From: a virus
Virus record (IMG/VR): IMGVR_UViG_3300031963_012969
Length of the DNA: 64,000 nucleotides
Strand: one strand, 5' to 3'
In this document: one piece after another, positions 28,155 through 37,498 of the stretch
Position numbering within the stretch: position 1 is the first letter of the stretch
Layout of the letters: each line of letters begins with the position of its first letter
The notes under the pieces: model-generated
Told to the model about the DNA's origin: nothing
The model's input: the letters and a program-made list of their open reading frames with translations, nothing else
The model's database searches: none
Translations under genes and position numbers: made by a program

Positions 28155-29592
28155 ATTTTAGGTATTGAGTTGCTCCAGGAGTCAAACCAGAAACAGAGTC
28201 TAATGGAGCCTGGGTTAGTATCTTTCTAGATTCGGGGAATGCAACAACCGATTGGCTCATCTTAATTGCATTAATATATTCGTTTTTACCAGTTTTAACA
28301 TTCTGTACCGGAAAATATATATTCCCATCGCTACCTTTTTTAGCAACCATTGAAAATCTCTGGTCTACTCCAATGTTTTTAGATTCAGAGCTTCTTATTG
28401 GGTCTATAACCATAACCTGGCTGGGAGAAACATTTCTGCTTGAGACAGGTATTGCGTCAGAAGACGTAATAGCTCCCTCCCCTGTCTGCACAACCCTTTT
28501 TTGGTAGTCGTATATCTCAATGGGATTTATCCCAGCTATATGATTGCTCAAGCTATTCCCCACAATAAGTCCCTCTAGTTGCGGAGAAAAATATCCAGCA
28601 CGCAATCCCTTAAGAGTTCTGTTATATGTGGACCTATACAATAATGTAGATGCCAGCTTACCAGTATCTTTAGATACCCTCTCGGAAAATAGATCTTCTG
28701 GACCAACAAAATTTTTGTTAGCCATGCTATCTCTGTCATCCTCGTCTTCTAGCCCCTTTTGTATATTAAGTAGTTTTTGACTAGCTCTAAGCATCATCAT
28801 TGGAGATAGATTTTTATCGCTAGTACCAAGCGTTCTTTGTCCTACCTCTGGATCTATCTCTGATTTATTTAATTCTGAAATTAGGTCTTTTAATTTTGTT
28901 TTATCGTCTGCATCTGGATTAGCTTTTCTGCCTAGTAATTTGTCGTAAAACTTATAGAAAGACCTATCATCATCTTGCCCCTTATTAACATCCAGGATTT
29001 CAGGACCCCAAAATTTCATTATCTGATCATCATCTACTCCCATTCCCTTTAAGACTGGATATAGCTTGATTCTGCTTTTTCCTATCATAACTCTATACAC
29101 ACCCGTTTCTGGTTCCATAAATATTCTCATTCCAGATCCAGTTCCGGCTACAGTATTTACGTGACTCTCTAGCTCCCCGTTGTCTTTTCTCCTAGCGTAC
29201 ACTCCAGGCTTAAGTCTTTGCTGGCCAGCAACCAAACTATATTCACTACCTCCATTTATAAAAGTACCCCTATGAGTCATCCACGGGACTCTCGCAAGCA
29301 CACCATCAAATTGGTCTAATACTTCATTATTTTTTTTATCTATCAGTGATACCTTTCCGTAAAGAGGAACAGATAGTTTATCCCCCATCAATAACGCCCT
29401 TTTTTCGTCTGAAAGAGAAAAAGGTTTTTTTAAATCATATCTAATGTCAGAAGCCTCTATTCTTACTTTATCATTTTCTAGCGGAAATCTGTTTTGATAA
29501 GCAGATAAAACTCTATCCAAAATGTCTTGTCTGAGAGACGATGGATTATCGAATCCCCTAAGTTTTACTCCTTTGGGTTCTTGTATTACCAT
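28147..29592 (-). CDS. DNA-directed RNA polymerase beta subunit, N-terminal part
   Basis: VPWMTHRGTFINGGSEY...Q.R.KPGVY; DDRDSMANK; INPIE....KR; RNVSPSQ...IDPIRSSESKNIGV (equivalent to CPIETPEGPNIGL). Confidence 0.9.
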   Translation of the reverse strand: MVIQEPKGVKLRGFDNPSSLRQDILDRVLSAYQNRFPLENDKVRIEASDIRYDLKKPFSLSDEKRALLMGDKLSVPLYGKVSLIDKKNNEVLDQFDGVLARVPWMTHRGTFINGGSEYSLVAGQQRLKPGVYARRKDNGELESHVNTVAGTGSGMRIFMEPETGVYRVMIGKSRIKLYPVLKGMGVDDDQIMKFWGPEILDVNKGQDDDRSFYKFYDKLLGRKANPDADDKTKLKDLISELNKSEIDPEVGQRTLGTSDKNLSPMMMLRASQKLLNIQKGLEDEDDRDSMANKNFVGPEDLFSERVSKDTGKLASTLLYRSTYNRTLKGLRAGYFSPQLEGLIVGNSLSNHIAGINPIEIYDYQKRVVQTGEGAITSSDAIPVSSRNVSPSQVMVIDPIRSSESKNIGVDQRFSMVAKKGSDGNIYFPVQNVKTGKNEYINAIKMSQSVVAFPESRKILTQAPLDSVSGLTPGATQYLKFK

Positions 29593-29604
29593 TTATAATT
29601 AAGA

Positions 29605-30639
29605 TTAAGAATTAAATCCTACTGCAAAACTTTCGAGTATTCTCTTTTTGTATTTCTCAAGCTTTGCTAAAGCCTCTGGATCAAGAGCGTCCAATTGAAC
29701 ATTACCGGAGTCAGTGGTCATAACCATAGTGTTAGGGTCAACTTTTTGAATATCCTCGCTTGAAACTATTGGGTTTCCCCTTCTGCTTTCTCTGGCTTTC
29801 TCTTGTGGGTCCTGTTCACGACTATTTAAGTTGGAATCGGGATTAACAACTTTTTCAATTGTATCTATAATTGATGTTGAGGCGCCTTTTGTTAACAACA
29901 TGTCTTGTTCAGATTCTTCTTGGACTGGCTTTGAGACTATTTTTACAAATTTAGGGGCACTCTTCATCTCAGAAGCTTCCTCTTTTTCAATAGCTCTATC
30001 TATATTTTTTTGTCTATTGTAATAATAATTATGAGCGCCTATTCCAGCAAGTAATGCAGCAACTCCAGGTAAACTTGTTAAAATCGTACCAACTGTCTCT
30101 CTACCTGATCCATCGCTAGGATTAGCTTTTTTTATTAAATCTTGAGCAGCATTCTTTCGGTAATCCTCAGAAGGAGTTCTGTGAACTTTGTCAGCAATAG
30201 ATAAAATCAAACCATCTAGCACTGGATACTCTGCTGTCTTTGAGTCAACAGTCATTTGCTGTGACATGTAATCAGCATATTGTTTTTTAAGCGACTCCAG
30301 TTCATTATCTAGTTGTTTCTGCCTCTGTTTCTTTAATATACTGTTTACAATCGCGTATCCAGCGCTGCCGCCAGCCAATGCAGATCCAGCAGCAAGTGGA
30401 GCGTCCCATAAATATTGTCCAAGTTCTGGAGCGGCTGTTTTAGACGGTACCTCTATCACAATGGTGTCTCCGTCTTGCTTTTTTTTAGTTGCCTCCTCTT
30501 GTCTTTTTTTTAACGCTAGTATGTGGGCTACTCCAGCTAACCCAGCACCAATTCCTGCTGCAGGTAATCCGTGTCTAGATAAACTATCCTTTAACATATC
30601 AAATGTTAATCCTGGTACTGATGCTGCTTCTTTTCTCAT
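29605..30639 (-). CDS. Putative virion protein with three KxA + hydrophobic-helix units
   Basis: KEAA..AAGIGAGLAGV; KTAA..LAAGSALAGGSAGY; KKAN..GVAALLAGIGAH. Confidence 0.6.
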   Translation of the reverse strand: MRKEAASVPGLTFDMLKDSLSRHGLPAAGIGAGLAGVAHILALKKRQEEATKKKQDGDTIVIEVPSKTAAPELGQYLWDAPLAAGSALAGGSAGYAIVNSILKKQRQKQLDNELESLKKQYADYMSQQMTVDSKTAEYPVLDGLILSIADKVHRTPSEDYRKNAAQDLIKKANPSDGSGRETVGTILTSLPGVAALLAGIGAHNYYYNRQKNIDRAIEKEEASEMKSAPKFVKIVSKPVQEESEQDMLLTKGASTSIIDTIEKVVNPDSNLNSREQDPQEKARESRRGNPIVSSEDIQKVDPNTMVMTTDSGNVQLDALDPEALAKLEKYKKRILESFAVGFNS

Positions 30640-30685
30640 AATTTAAAGTACATTTTATATTTAAACTTTATTCATTTCAATAAAG

Positions 30686-31180
30686 TTATTTCTTTTTAAC
30701 TACAGTATATCCTGTTCCGCTCTTTTTGTAGCACTCTATTGGTTTAGTTGTTTTTATAGTTATTAAAGCTCTGAATCCTTGTGGTGCAGTTTGATCTAGT
30801 AAATAGTGCGGCTCTTTAATTGGCTCCACCAATTGTACCCCGCTCTCTGGATCAAAAACTGAGTCTAGTATTTGTTCATATTTTTCTAGATCTGATTTTT
30901 GAGTTATATCTAATAAAAAAATCTGGTTATTCGTGAATTTGACAAATTTCTCAATCGGGTCCTTTTTTTTGACGAATTCTTCTTGAGAGCTTTTGCCAGC
31001 AAATGCAGCTCCCTTAAAGTTCGGAGCAGCCTGAGGATTTGGCGTGAATTCTTCATCAAATGACTTTGGCCTATTTCCAACAATTACTGTTAAAGCCTCT
31101 CTAATTTCTTCGGGAAAATCTTTTTCGTCTATTTCGTCTACTGGGTCTTGTGTTTTTTTACTGTTTGTTGTTTTGCTCAT
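30686..31180 (-). CDS. Hypothetical protein
   Basis: 164 aa ORF. Confidence 0.55.
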   Translation of the reverse strand: MSKTTNSKKTQDPVDEIDEKDFPEEIREALTVIVGNRPKSFDEEFTPNPQAAPNFKGAAFAGKSSQEEFVKKKDPIEKFVKFTNNQIFLLDITQKSDLEKYEQILDSVFDPESGVQLVEPIKEPHYLLDQTAPQGFRALITIKTTKPIECYKKSGTGYTVVKKK

Positions 31181-31182
31181 AC

Positions 31183-31626
31183 TTAAATTAATCCACTAGT
31201 GTCTAGTTCTTCTTTGTGTGTATTCAAGTTTTTTTCGTCTCTAAAATTTTGTATCATTTTTTTGTAAGCTTCGACCTTAGCCTTTGTAGCTTTGATGTCT
31301 TGAGTCTCCGTACCCTTTACGGCTTTTTCCATTTTATCTCTGATCATTGCAGTACCAACCCCAGTTAAAGCACCTGCACCAGTTAAGAACACTGCATACT
31401 GTTTAGCTAAATCAACTGGATCAAGTGCCACTTTGGATAGCATTTCATTTGCCTCTTTTGGAGTAAAACCTTTTTCGCTTAATATTTTGCAGAAACCTAA
31501 TTTAATTGATCTGTAGCATTGAGCCTTGTTATCTTCTTCTATAATTTGTTTAGCAATTTTATTCATATATTTAATAAGTATAGTAACCTTTTGAGTTAAA
31601 TTGTGGACCACCCTTTCTACCCCCAA
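31183..31626 (-). CDS. Putative virion protein with one glycine-zipper helix
   Basis: SKVAL...LTGAGALTGVGTA; true start probably MNKIAK. Confidence 0.55.
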   Translation of the reverse strand: MGVERVVHNLTQKVTILIKYMNKIAKQIIEEDNKAQCYRSIKLGFCKILSEKGFTPKEANEMLSKVALDPVDLAKQYAVFLTGAGALTGVGTAMIRDKMEKAVKGTETQDIKATKAKVEAYKKMIQNFRDEKNLNTHKEELDTSGLI

Positions 31627-33043
31627 ATGTGCTTCCTATCGCGCCACCAATCGCACTAGACACAATAGCGCCCATTCCTCCAAATCCCATAACCTTTGAC
31701 ATTATGTATCCAGCAAGCATACCCAAGCCCATATTCTGCAAAGAACCAACGGAGGCCCTCCCACCAGAAGATTGCATAGCTCTTCTAGCTTGCTGTATTA
31801 ATATGTTCCTATCTCCCTGGGTTAGGCTAGGGTCTGCACCTAGAATACTTTGAAGCGCTATCAAATCAACAACTTGATTACCTGTGCCAAAAGCAAGTTT
31901 GTTTCTTTCTTGGCTTTTCTGGATTGCGTACTCTTGTTTTATAGCTTTTTGTCTGGTTGGGTGCCTACCTAAAACTTTTTTATTATCTTTTGTGTACAGT
32001 ATGTACTCTCCGTCTTCCTTTTTTATTACAGCAATTTTTTCATCCAAGCACTGTTGAGCTTTTTTTGCTCTGTTCAGCAGTTCAAGATAGTTTGGATCTT
32101 TAAACATTTTTTCTTGAAACACCATTGGTTTATTGACGTCCATGTTATCAGACATCAATTTTTTGTTCATCTTAGTCATTATAGGGCTATTTGGGGAACC
32201 AAGTAGCTGGAATAATGCTGAACCACCGCCTCCTATCGCTGCGCCAGTTAGTAAATCTCTAATCATGGATGGAGATTCTTTTCCAAGAGCTTTCTGTCCC
32301 AAATTCTTTAGACCCATGGCTGCAGCGCCTATCCCGGCTGCTACCGGCAATGAACCTATTCCACCAGTAAGTGGATAAGTAAGAGTATCTACACTAGGTA
32401 ATTTAAACTTAGTAGTTTTTATCTTATCCCAAATAGACGTATCTATATTGTTAGTTAAACCAGTATTTTGATTAACGTTTTTTATTTCCTTTATTACTCT
32501 ATTTAAGTCGTAAGATGCTGATTTTTTTTGTTTTATTGATTTAGATATATTTTTCTCTAGAATAGCGTTAACAAATGTCTTAATATTAGCTTCAGGATGT
32601 TTACGAGGGTGCACAGTCCAACTATCCCCATTTTCGGAAGACTTTGAAAGTTCAAAAGTCATATTGTTCTTTCCAGTTTGGAAAGTTCCTACAACTTTTG
32701 AGGGAGAAGACTTGTGTATCTGAGCCCGTCCCTTAAATGAGTTTCCACCGACACCAAAGTCACCGGATTCTGTATCTGGCAATCTTGTTGCTGATATTGA
32801 TCCACCTAATTTCTCGGGCTCTGCTAAGCGGAAATTAACTGCCCTATTGTTGACTAAGAAAGACAATAACCTATTGCCACTGCCATCTTCAGTAATTGAG
32901 AAATCCCACATCTTGGATTTATCATGAGATGGAATACCGCTATACACACTCCTAGAACTTTCTCCAGGGGATAACATAAAAGAACCTAACTCCACTGGAG
33001 ACAGTAGAGACTTTATTTCTTTATCGTCTATCAACTGAGCCAT
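31571..33043 (-). CDS. Multi-module putative virion protein with glycine zippers
   Basis: 490 aa; KSAS/KKAQ/KIAV/KLAF junctions; AAGIGAAAMG, GAAIGGGG, GLGMLAG..GFGGMGAIVSSAIGGAIG. Confidence 0.6.
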   Translation of the reverse strand: MAQLIDDKEIKSLLSPVELGSFMLSPGESSRSVYSGIPSHDKSKMWDFSITEDGSGNRLLSFLVNNRAVNFRLAEPEKLGGSISATRLPDTESGDFGVGGNSFKGRAQIHKSSPSKVVGTFQTGKNNMTFELSKSSENGDSWTVHPRKHPEANIKTFVNAILEKNISKSIKQKKSASYDLNRVIKEIKNVNQNTGLTNNIDTSIWDKIKTTKFKLPSVDTLTYPLTGGIGSLPVAAGIGAAAMGLKNLGQKALGKESPSMIRDLLTGAAIGGGGSALFQLLGSPNSPIMTKMNKKLMSDNMDVNKPMVFQEKMFKDPNYLELLNRAKKAQQCLDEKIAVIKKEDGEYILYTKDNKKVLGRHPTRQKAIKQEYAIQKSQERNKLAFGTGNQVVDLIALQSILGADPSLTQGDRNILIQQARRAMQSSGGRASVGSLQNMGLGMLAGYIMSKVMGFGGMGAIVSSAIGGAIGSTFGGRKGGPQFNSKGYYTY

Positions 33044-33052
33044 ATAAATACT

Positions 33053-33739
33053 CTATTGCTGTCTATTTACTGGTGTACTTTTGAATGTGTCTGCAATTTG
33101 CTTTCTTAAGGAATCAAGTGCGGCTCTGCCCGAATTTGTTATAGAATCTTTATTTTCCGATACATATCTACCTAATAAAGCTCCACCTGCTGCACCGAGC
33201 CCAGACGCAATGGGTCCCCCGCCAAATGCTTTGGGCGCAAAAGCTCCTACCAATCCACCAGCCAACATCGGAGCAACATTGGTTAAAAATTCTGGGCTCT
33301 TTAAATAAGACCACGCTTTATCTCCGTACTGCTTAGCTCCACCCAATACTTGCTGTATCTTTTCGTTGGCTATATCATTCATGGAAGATCTCATTTTGGG
33401 TTCAACAAATGGTCTCCAGAGTGGCGAAGTTTTGTCAATCACTCCCTGAACCAGTCTGTCTTTAGCTTTACCGATGCTGTCCATTACTCCTTCTTGTGCA
33501 TCTTTTTTGGGCATCACATAATTTTCTGAAAGCCACTCTGCACCTTTATCACAAAATGACTCTATTATTCCAAGTGCCATATCACACGAGACATTTGCCT
33601 CTTTATGTAGATAATCTACAAAACCCCTACAGAGTTGCACTTGAGAATCATTTGACTCAAAATTTAAATCTGTTTTGGCTAGTTTTCCTAACTTTAAAAA
33701 AACTTTATCTGTAAATTCTGGAGTAATACTAAAAGTCAT
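33053..33739 (-). CDS. Putative virion protein with a glycine-zipper hairpin
   Basis: LAGGLVGAFAPKAFGGGPIASGLGAAGGALLG; KLAK/KEAN/KGAE/KDAQ. Confidence 0.6.
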   Translation of the reverse strand: MTFSITPEFTDKVFLKLGKLAKTDLNFESNDSQVQLCRGFVDYLHKEANVSCDMALGIIESFCDKGAEWLSENYVMPKKDAQEGVMDSIGKAKDRLVQGVIDKTSPLWRPFVEPKMRSSMNDIANEKIQQVLGGAKQYGDKAWSYLKSPEFLTNVAPMLAGGLVGAFAPKAFGGGPIASGLGAAGGALLGRYVSENKDSITNSGRAALDSLRKQIADTFKSTPVNRQQ

Positions 33740-33782
33740 AAGATATATAATGCACTATTTTTGATGTTGTTTCTATAAAAAT

Positions 33783-35516
33783 TTATTGCCCTTGCTGATT
33801 TTGTACAATTTGAGGTAATGCTTGATCCATTCCAACTGATCTAGCTTGGTTCCTGTACTGATCCATCTTCTTAAGAACCAAAGCATGAAGCGTGTCGTTG
33901 TTATTTCTTATAGAAGTGAGCTGTCTCTTTCTCTCTGTTTCTGGCATCTGGAGCAATTGTTTAGCCATCTCATCCGCTTCTTGGTTTATATCTCCAGGTG
34001 TAGATCCACCACCAGAATCTCCAGAAGATGGGTCCTCTTCGTTAATAAGTCCCATTTGAGCCATTTGCATTTCCTCTTGCATCTTTCTTGACTGCTCCTC
34101 TTCTTTTCTTTGCTCCTCAAGTATTTTTTTATGTTCTTCGGCTGGATCAGAAATGCCCATGGGGGCCATTGCAGTTTCTTTGCTAAGTATATTTGCAGAC
34201 ATAGCTTGCAATCTCCATGCTTTATTCTCAATGTCGTCAATTATTCTTACGGATTCAAGTTCACACTCATAGTCTCCACTGCCCATATACGATGACACCT
34301 TGGAGACACAATCCTGAGCCAGAAGATTAAATCCTCTAACTAAACTGGACCAACCTCTCTCAAACACACGCAAACTAATAGGAGCAGCTTGAAGAGTCAT
34401 TGTGCTTCTATATAGCTCTGGAGGTATGCCTCTACCATTTAACATTCTATCCTCTTCGTCTTTAATTAAGTCTACTGGAGTAAGTTGTCTTCCTTCGCCT
34501 CCTACCGCTTGGTACGTAACCGGAAAAGGAAAGAAGTTCCAATCTGTTCCATCCTGTCTGTGCCTTACAACTGCGTCTTGCATCTCAGAGACCCAATTTC
34601 TCATAAGATTGTTGTAGATGGAATTTCCCTCTGCGTAATTGCCTTGAGAAGGGCTAATTATTCTAAGTGGGACAATATAATCCATCATTAATACTTCGTT
34701 GTATCTTCTTAATACCTGAAGTCTGAAGAAATTTTTAAAAGACGAAAGTATTGCTGGAAGACCCCAACCACCAAGCCATAAACCAGCCAAATATGGTTCT
34801 CTCAAGTGGTGTACATGATTAGACTTAAATTTAAACTGTGACTGATTTTTTATTGCTTGTAGAAATGGCAATGGAGTACTTTTTAAGTAAAATTTATCCT
34901 GATTTAATACACCAGTTTTAATTTCATTTGGGATCTCGGTATAATATTCAATATGGTGTGTAAGTCTATTAGCTTTTATGGTAATATGCTTTGGGTTCCA
35001 TCTAACGAGTTTAATCCCTTTACTATCCTTCTTTTTGTAGTCCCTCGCAAAATGTTTTGTATCAGAGGAACACTTGCCACAGAATGTAGTAAAAGAGCCA
35101 TCCTCAGCATTGTATGAAAAATCTACATGATCTATATTCACCTCTCTTTTGCACTTTTGGCAAACAAGGACACGAGTAAACGGTAACGATATTGTAGCAA
35201 ATGAATTTCCGTAGCACATGAAATCATTTCCAACTGCTTGCAAAGACCCAGACAAATCAAAATCGTTTTTAATTAATTTTTCAAATTTTTTTCTTTCGTC
35301 GTCTGCTTGACCCATGAACTTTAAATCAGTCAAAAAATAATTAACAATTCTTTCACTGGCTTTTCTATATGTTGAATCATTAACATATAGAAATTCGCAT
35401 AACTCAAGTGCACTGACAATTGTTCTGGGTGCATAACTAGATGCCAAGTCAATCCATGGGTTCATGAACCCATTATTTGTTCCATTGATCTTCCCACCTA
35501 TAATATCTATATTCAT
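33783..35516 (-). CDS. Probable portal protein
   Basis: 577 aa; D...YGNSF motif, HHLR..GWGLP.I, long helical core, Q/E-rich tail; CxxC..CxxC insert. Confidence 0.6.
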   Translation of the reverse strand: MNIDIIGGKINGTNNGFMNPWIDLASSYAPRTIVSALELCEFLYVNDSTYRKASERIVNYFLTDLKFMGQADDERKKFEKLIKNDFDLSGSLQAVGNDFMCYGNSFATISLPFTRVLVCQKCKREVNIDHVDFSYNAEDGSFTTFCGKCSSDTKHFARDYKKKDSKGIKLVRWNPKHITIKANRLTHHIEYYTEIPNEIKTGVLNQDKFYLKSTPLPFLQAIKNQSQFKFKSNHVHHLREPYLAGLWLGGWGLPAILSSFKNFFRLQVLRRYNEVLMMDYIVPLRIISPSQGNYAEGNSIYNNLMRNWVSEMQDAVVRHRQDGTDWNFFPFPVTYQAVGGEGRQLTPVDLIKDEEDRMLNGRGIPPELYRSTMTLQAAPISLRVFERGWSSLVRGFNLLAQDCVSKVSSYMGSGDYECELESVRIIDDIENKAWRLQAMSANILSKETAMAPMGISDPAEEHKKILEEQRKEEEQSRKMQEEMQMAQMGLINEEDPSSGDSGGGSTPGDINQEADEMAKQLLQMPETERKRQLTSIRNNNDTLHALVLKKMDQYRNQARSVGMDQALPQIVQNQQGQ

Positions 35517-35522
35517 TTGTAT

Positions 35523-35696
35523 TTATTTTGTGTTGTCGAGAAATGTTCCAAGCTTAGATTCGCTTTCAATAATCTCTTCAGCTTTTTTAATTAACGTGCT
35601 TTCTCCTTTTTCTTTGTTGTCACACTCAAATGTAGTAACGCCATTGTCTGTCTCGTGTGGAGTTACGTCTTCTCGCACTATTCCTAATTTATTCAT
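35523..35696 (-). CDS. Small hypothetical protein (57 aa, not in the ORF track)
   Basis: MNKLGIVREDVTPHETDNG...IKKAEEII...; fills the gap upstream of the portal gene. Confidence 0.5.
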   Translation of the reverse strand: MNKLGIVREDVTPHETDNGVTTFECDNKEKGESTLIKKAEEIIESESKLGTFLDNTK

Positions 35697-35697
35697 G

Positions 35698-35958
35698 TCA
35701 ATTTACTAACCCTAATTGATTAGCTTTTTCTATTTTTTCTTCTCTATTGGGGTTTTCTTTAGTTGATAATAGAAAGCTTGTTAAATTGTTACTGAAAGTT
35801 TGGCTGTCGCCTTCGCTATCTAGATTGGCCAGACTTGGTTTATCTCTATCTTTAGAGCTAGTGTCTCCAACATTTTCAGCTGTAGATTGACTAGAGCTAC
35901 TTGATGTTTTTTGCTTTTGGATTTCTTCAATCAAATCAACAGGAAAGATAGGATTCAT
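35698..35958 (-). CDS. Hypothetical protein
   Basis: 86 aa ORF. Confidence 0.5.
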   Translation of the reverse strand: MNPIFPVDLIEEIQKQKTSSSSSQSTAENVGDTSSKDRDKPSLANLDSEGDSQTFSNNLTSFLLSTKENPNREEKIEKANQLGLVN

Positions 35959-35986
35959 TTTACAAATAGTTTAATTACTTAAATTA

Positions 35987-36523
35987 CTACGATTCGAGAG
36001 TTTCGTCCATAATAAAAAAAATAGACAAAATTGAGTCTAAATTCTTTATAGGTATATATAAACCAGATGAATATATTTCATATTTTATATCGTCTATGAC
36101 TACAAACAATTTTGCTCCTCTCTCTGGTCTGACCTTGACCCTATCATTTGATGACGTTACGACAGAGATTATACTTTCGTCTATATAGTACTCAATGCAG
36201 TCTACAGTTATTTCAGTGTATGGCGTGATAAATAACAACTCCTTAGTCTCCACTATTGGCGTTTCTATTGGTTGTGTGATCTGTACTATGTTGTTTTCAA
36301 GTATTCGATCAGGTACACCATTTAAATTATTTTCTTCTTTCGGTTTTTTGTTTTTTTTCTTGGCCTTAATGGTTGTATTAGGATCTTTGTTTTCAATTAA
36401 CAACTCAGTTCTAGACATATTTTTCATGTCAAATATTTCAAACTTATCTATAGCGGTATCATTTCTCTCCGCTAATGTTTGACTTGCTTTTTTTATTACT
36501 GTGTAGCCTGGTAGTGATGACAT
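35987..36523 (-). CDS. Hypothetical protein
   Basis: 178 aa ORF. Confidence 0.55.
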   Translation of the reverse strand: MSSLPGYTVIKKASQTLAERNDTAIDKFEIFDMKNMSRTELLIENKDPNTTIKAKKKNKKPKEENNLNGVPDRILENNIVQITQPIETPIVETKELLFITPYTEITVDCIEYYIDESIISVVTSSNDRVKVRPERGAKLFVVIDDIKYEIYSSGLYIPIKNLDSILSIFFIMDETLES

Positions 36524-36530
36524 ATAATAT

Positions 36531-36824
36531 TTACCAAAAATAAATTTCTACTGAATTAAGCACAGTTGACGGTTTGCTCTTTAGTATGGAGTCCATCTCA
36601 TTAACTATCTGACTCGATAGTTTTATGCAAGTATTTTTATATTTTGTTGTATACTGGATGGTTACAGTATTTTGTCCATTTGATATATTTAAATCGCTAG
36701 ACGCATATGAACCAGTTATCTTAACTGATTGGCATGAGCAAAGATACAGACAAACAGAAACTAAAGGAAGCAGACTTAGTCTATTGATATACTTCTTTTT
36801 TGTTGCTCTACTTTGTTTTTGCAT
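36531..36824 (-). CDS. Possible lipoprotein
   Basis: Basic N-terminus, hydrophobic stretch and lipobox-like LCS-C. Confidence 0.4.
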   Translation of the reverse strand: MQKQSRATKKKYINRLSLLPLVSVCLYLCSCQSVKITGSYASSDLNISNGQNTVTIQYTTKYKNTCIKLSSQIVNEMDSILKSKPSTVLNSVEIYFW

Positions 36825-37471
36825 ATCTTGTTTGGTATTTTTATTTCAGATGCGTTACTAAAACATATATCAATAGACATATCATTTATCTTTTTCAATA
36901 AAGCAGTCGATGGCAAAAAAATTAAAAAAGTTTTATCCCACTGTATTCCGTTTGATTCGTCTTGAAATACTCCACCTCTTGTGGACCAAATATCTAGTCC
37001 AATAGGTATTATTGTGTGATCTTCGTTGATTTTAACCCACTTGAGCTGTTTTTCGCTAGATAAGCTTGTGTCTTTATCGGAAGAGAATACTAGCATTTTA
37101 GATATATGTATATCAACTTCATTGAAAAGAGACATTGACCAATATCTCACCCTTTTCTTTATTTCTAAATAATTTTCTGGATTATTTGAGTTTTCGTTGT
37201 TGAATAGATTTTTTTTGTTTCTAGGAATTGAATTTATAAAGCTTCTAAATACATGCGATCTATTTTTTATCAAAATTGATGAATTTTTTTCTTCTTCTAG
37301 TTTTATACCTATTGTTGAAGTAGTCATGCTTGCATCGTGAATCGTGTCAGGTGAAAAATTATCCCAATAAGTAGTAGTTGTTAATTGTGATGTCACAGCT
37401 AAGTCCGAAAGTGGCTGCCATGAAGAAGAAGGCTGCCATGAAGAAGAATAATTATAGTTATTATTACTCAT
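36776..37471 (-). CDS. Hypothetical protein
   Basis: 231 aa ORF. Confidence 0.5.
   Translation of the reverse strand: MSNNNYNYSSSWQPSSSWQPLSDLAVTSQLTTTTYWDNFSPDTIHDASMTTSTIGIKLEEEKNSSILIKNRSHVFRSFINSIPRNKKNLFNNENSNNPENYLEIKKRVRYWSMSLFNEVDIHISKMLVFSSDKDTSLSSEKQLKWVKINEDHTIIPIGLDIWSTRGGVFQDESNGIQWDKTFLIFLPSTALLKKINDMSIDICFSNASEIKIPNKICKNKVEQQKRSISID
37413..37448. repeat. 18-bp perfect tandem duplication, in frame (SSSWQP x2)
   Basis: ggctgccatgaagaagaa repeated twice. Confidence 0.85.
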
Positions 37472-37498
37472 GCATTTATACCCATTTTTTTTATTTAC

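Noticed and set aside
14726-29592. Cellular rpoB-rpoC operon or bacterial chromosome
   Set aside because: The pieces are rearranged, reduced and interleaved with capsid/portal-type genes; there are no ribosomal protein neighbours
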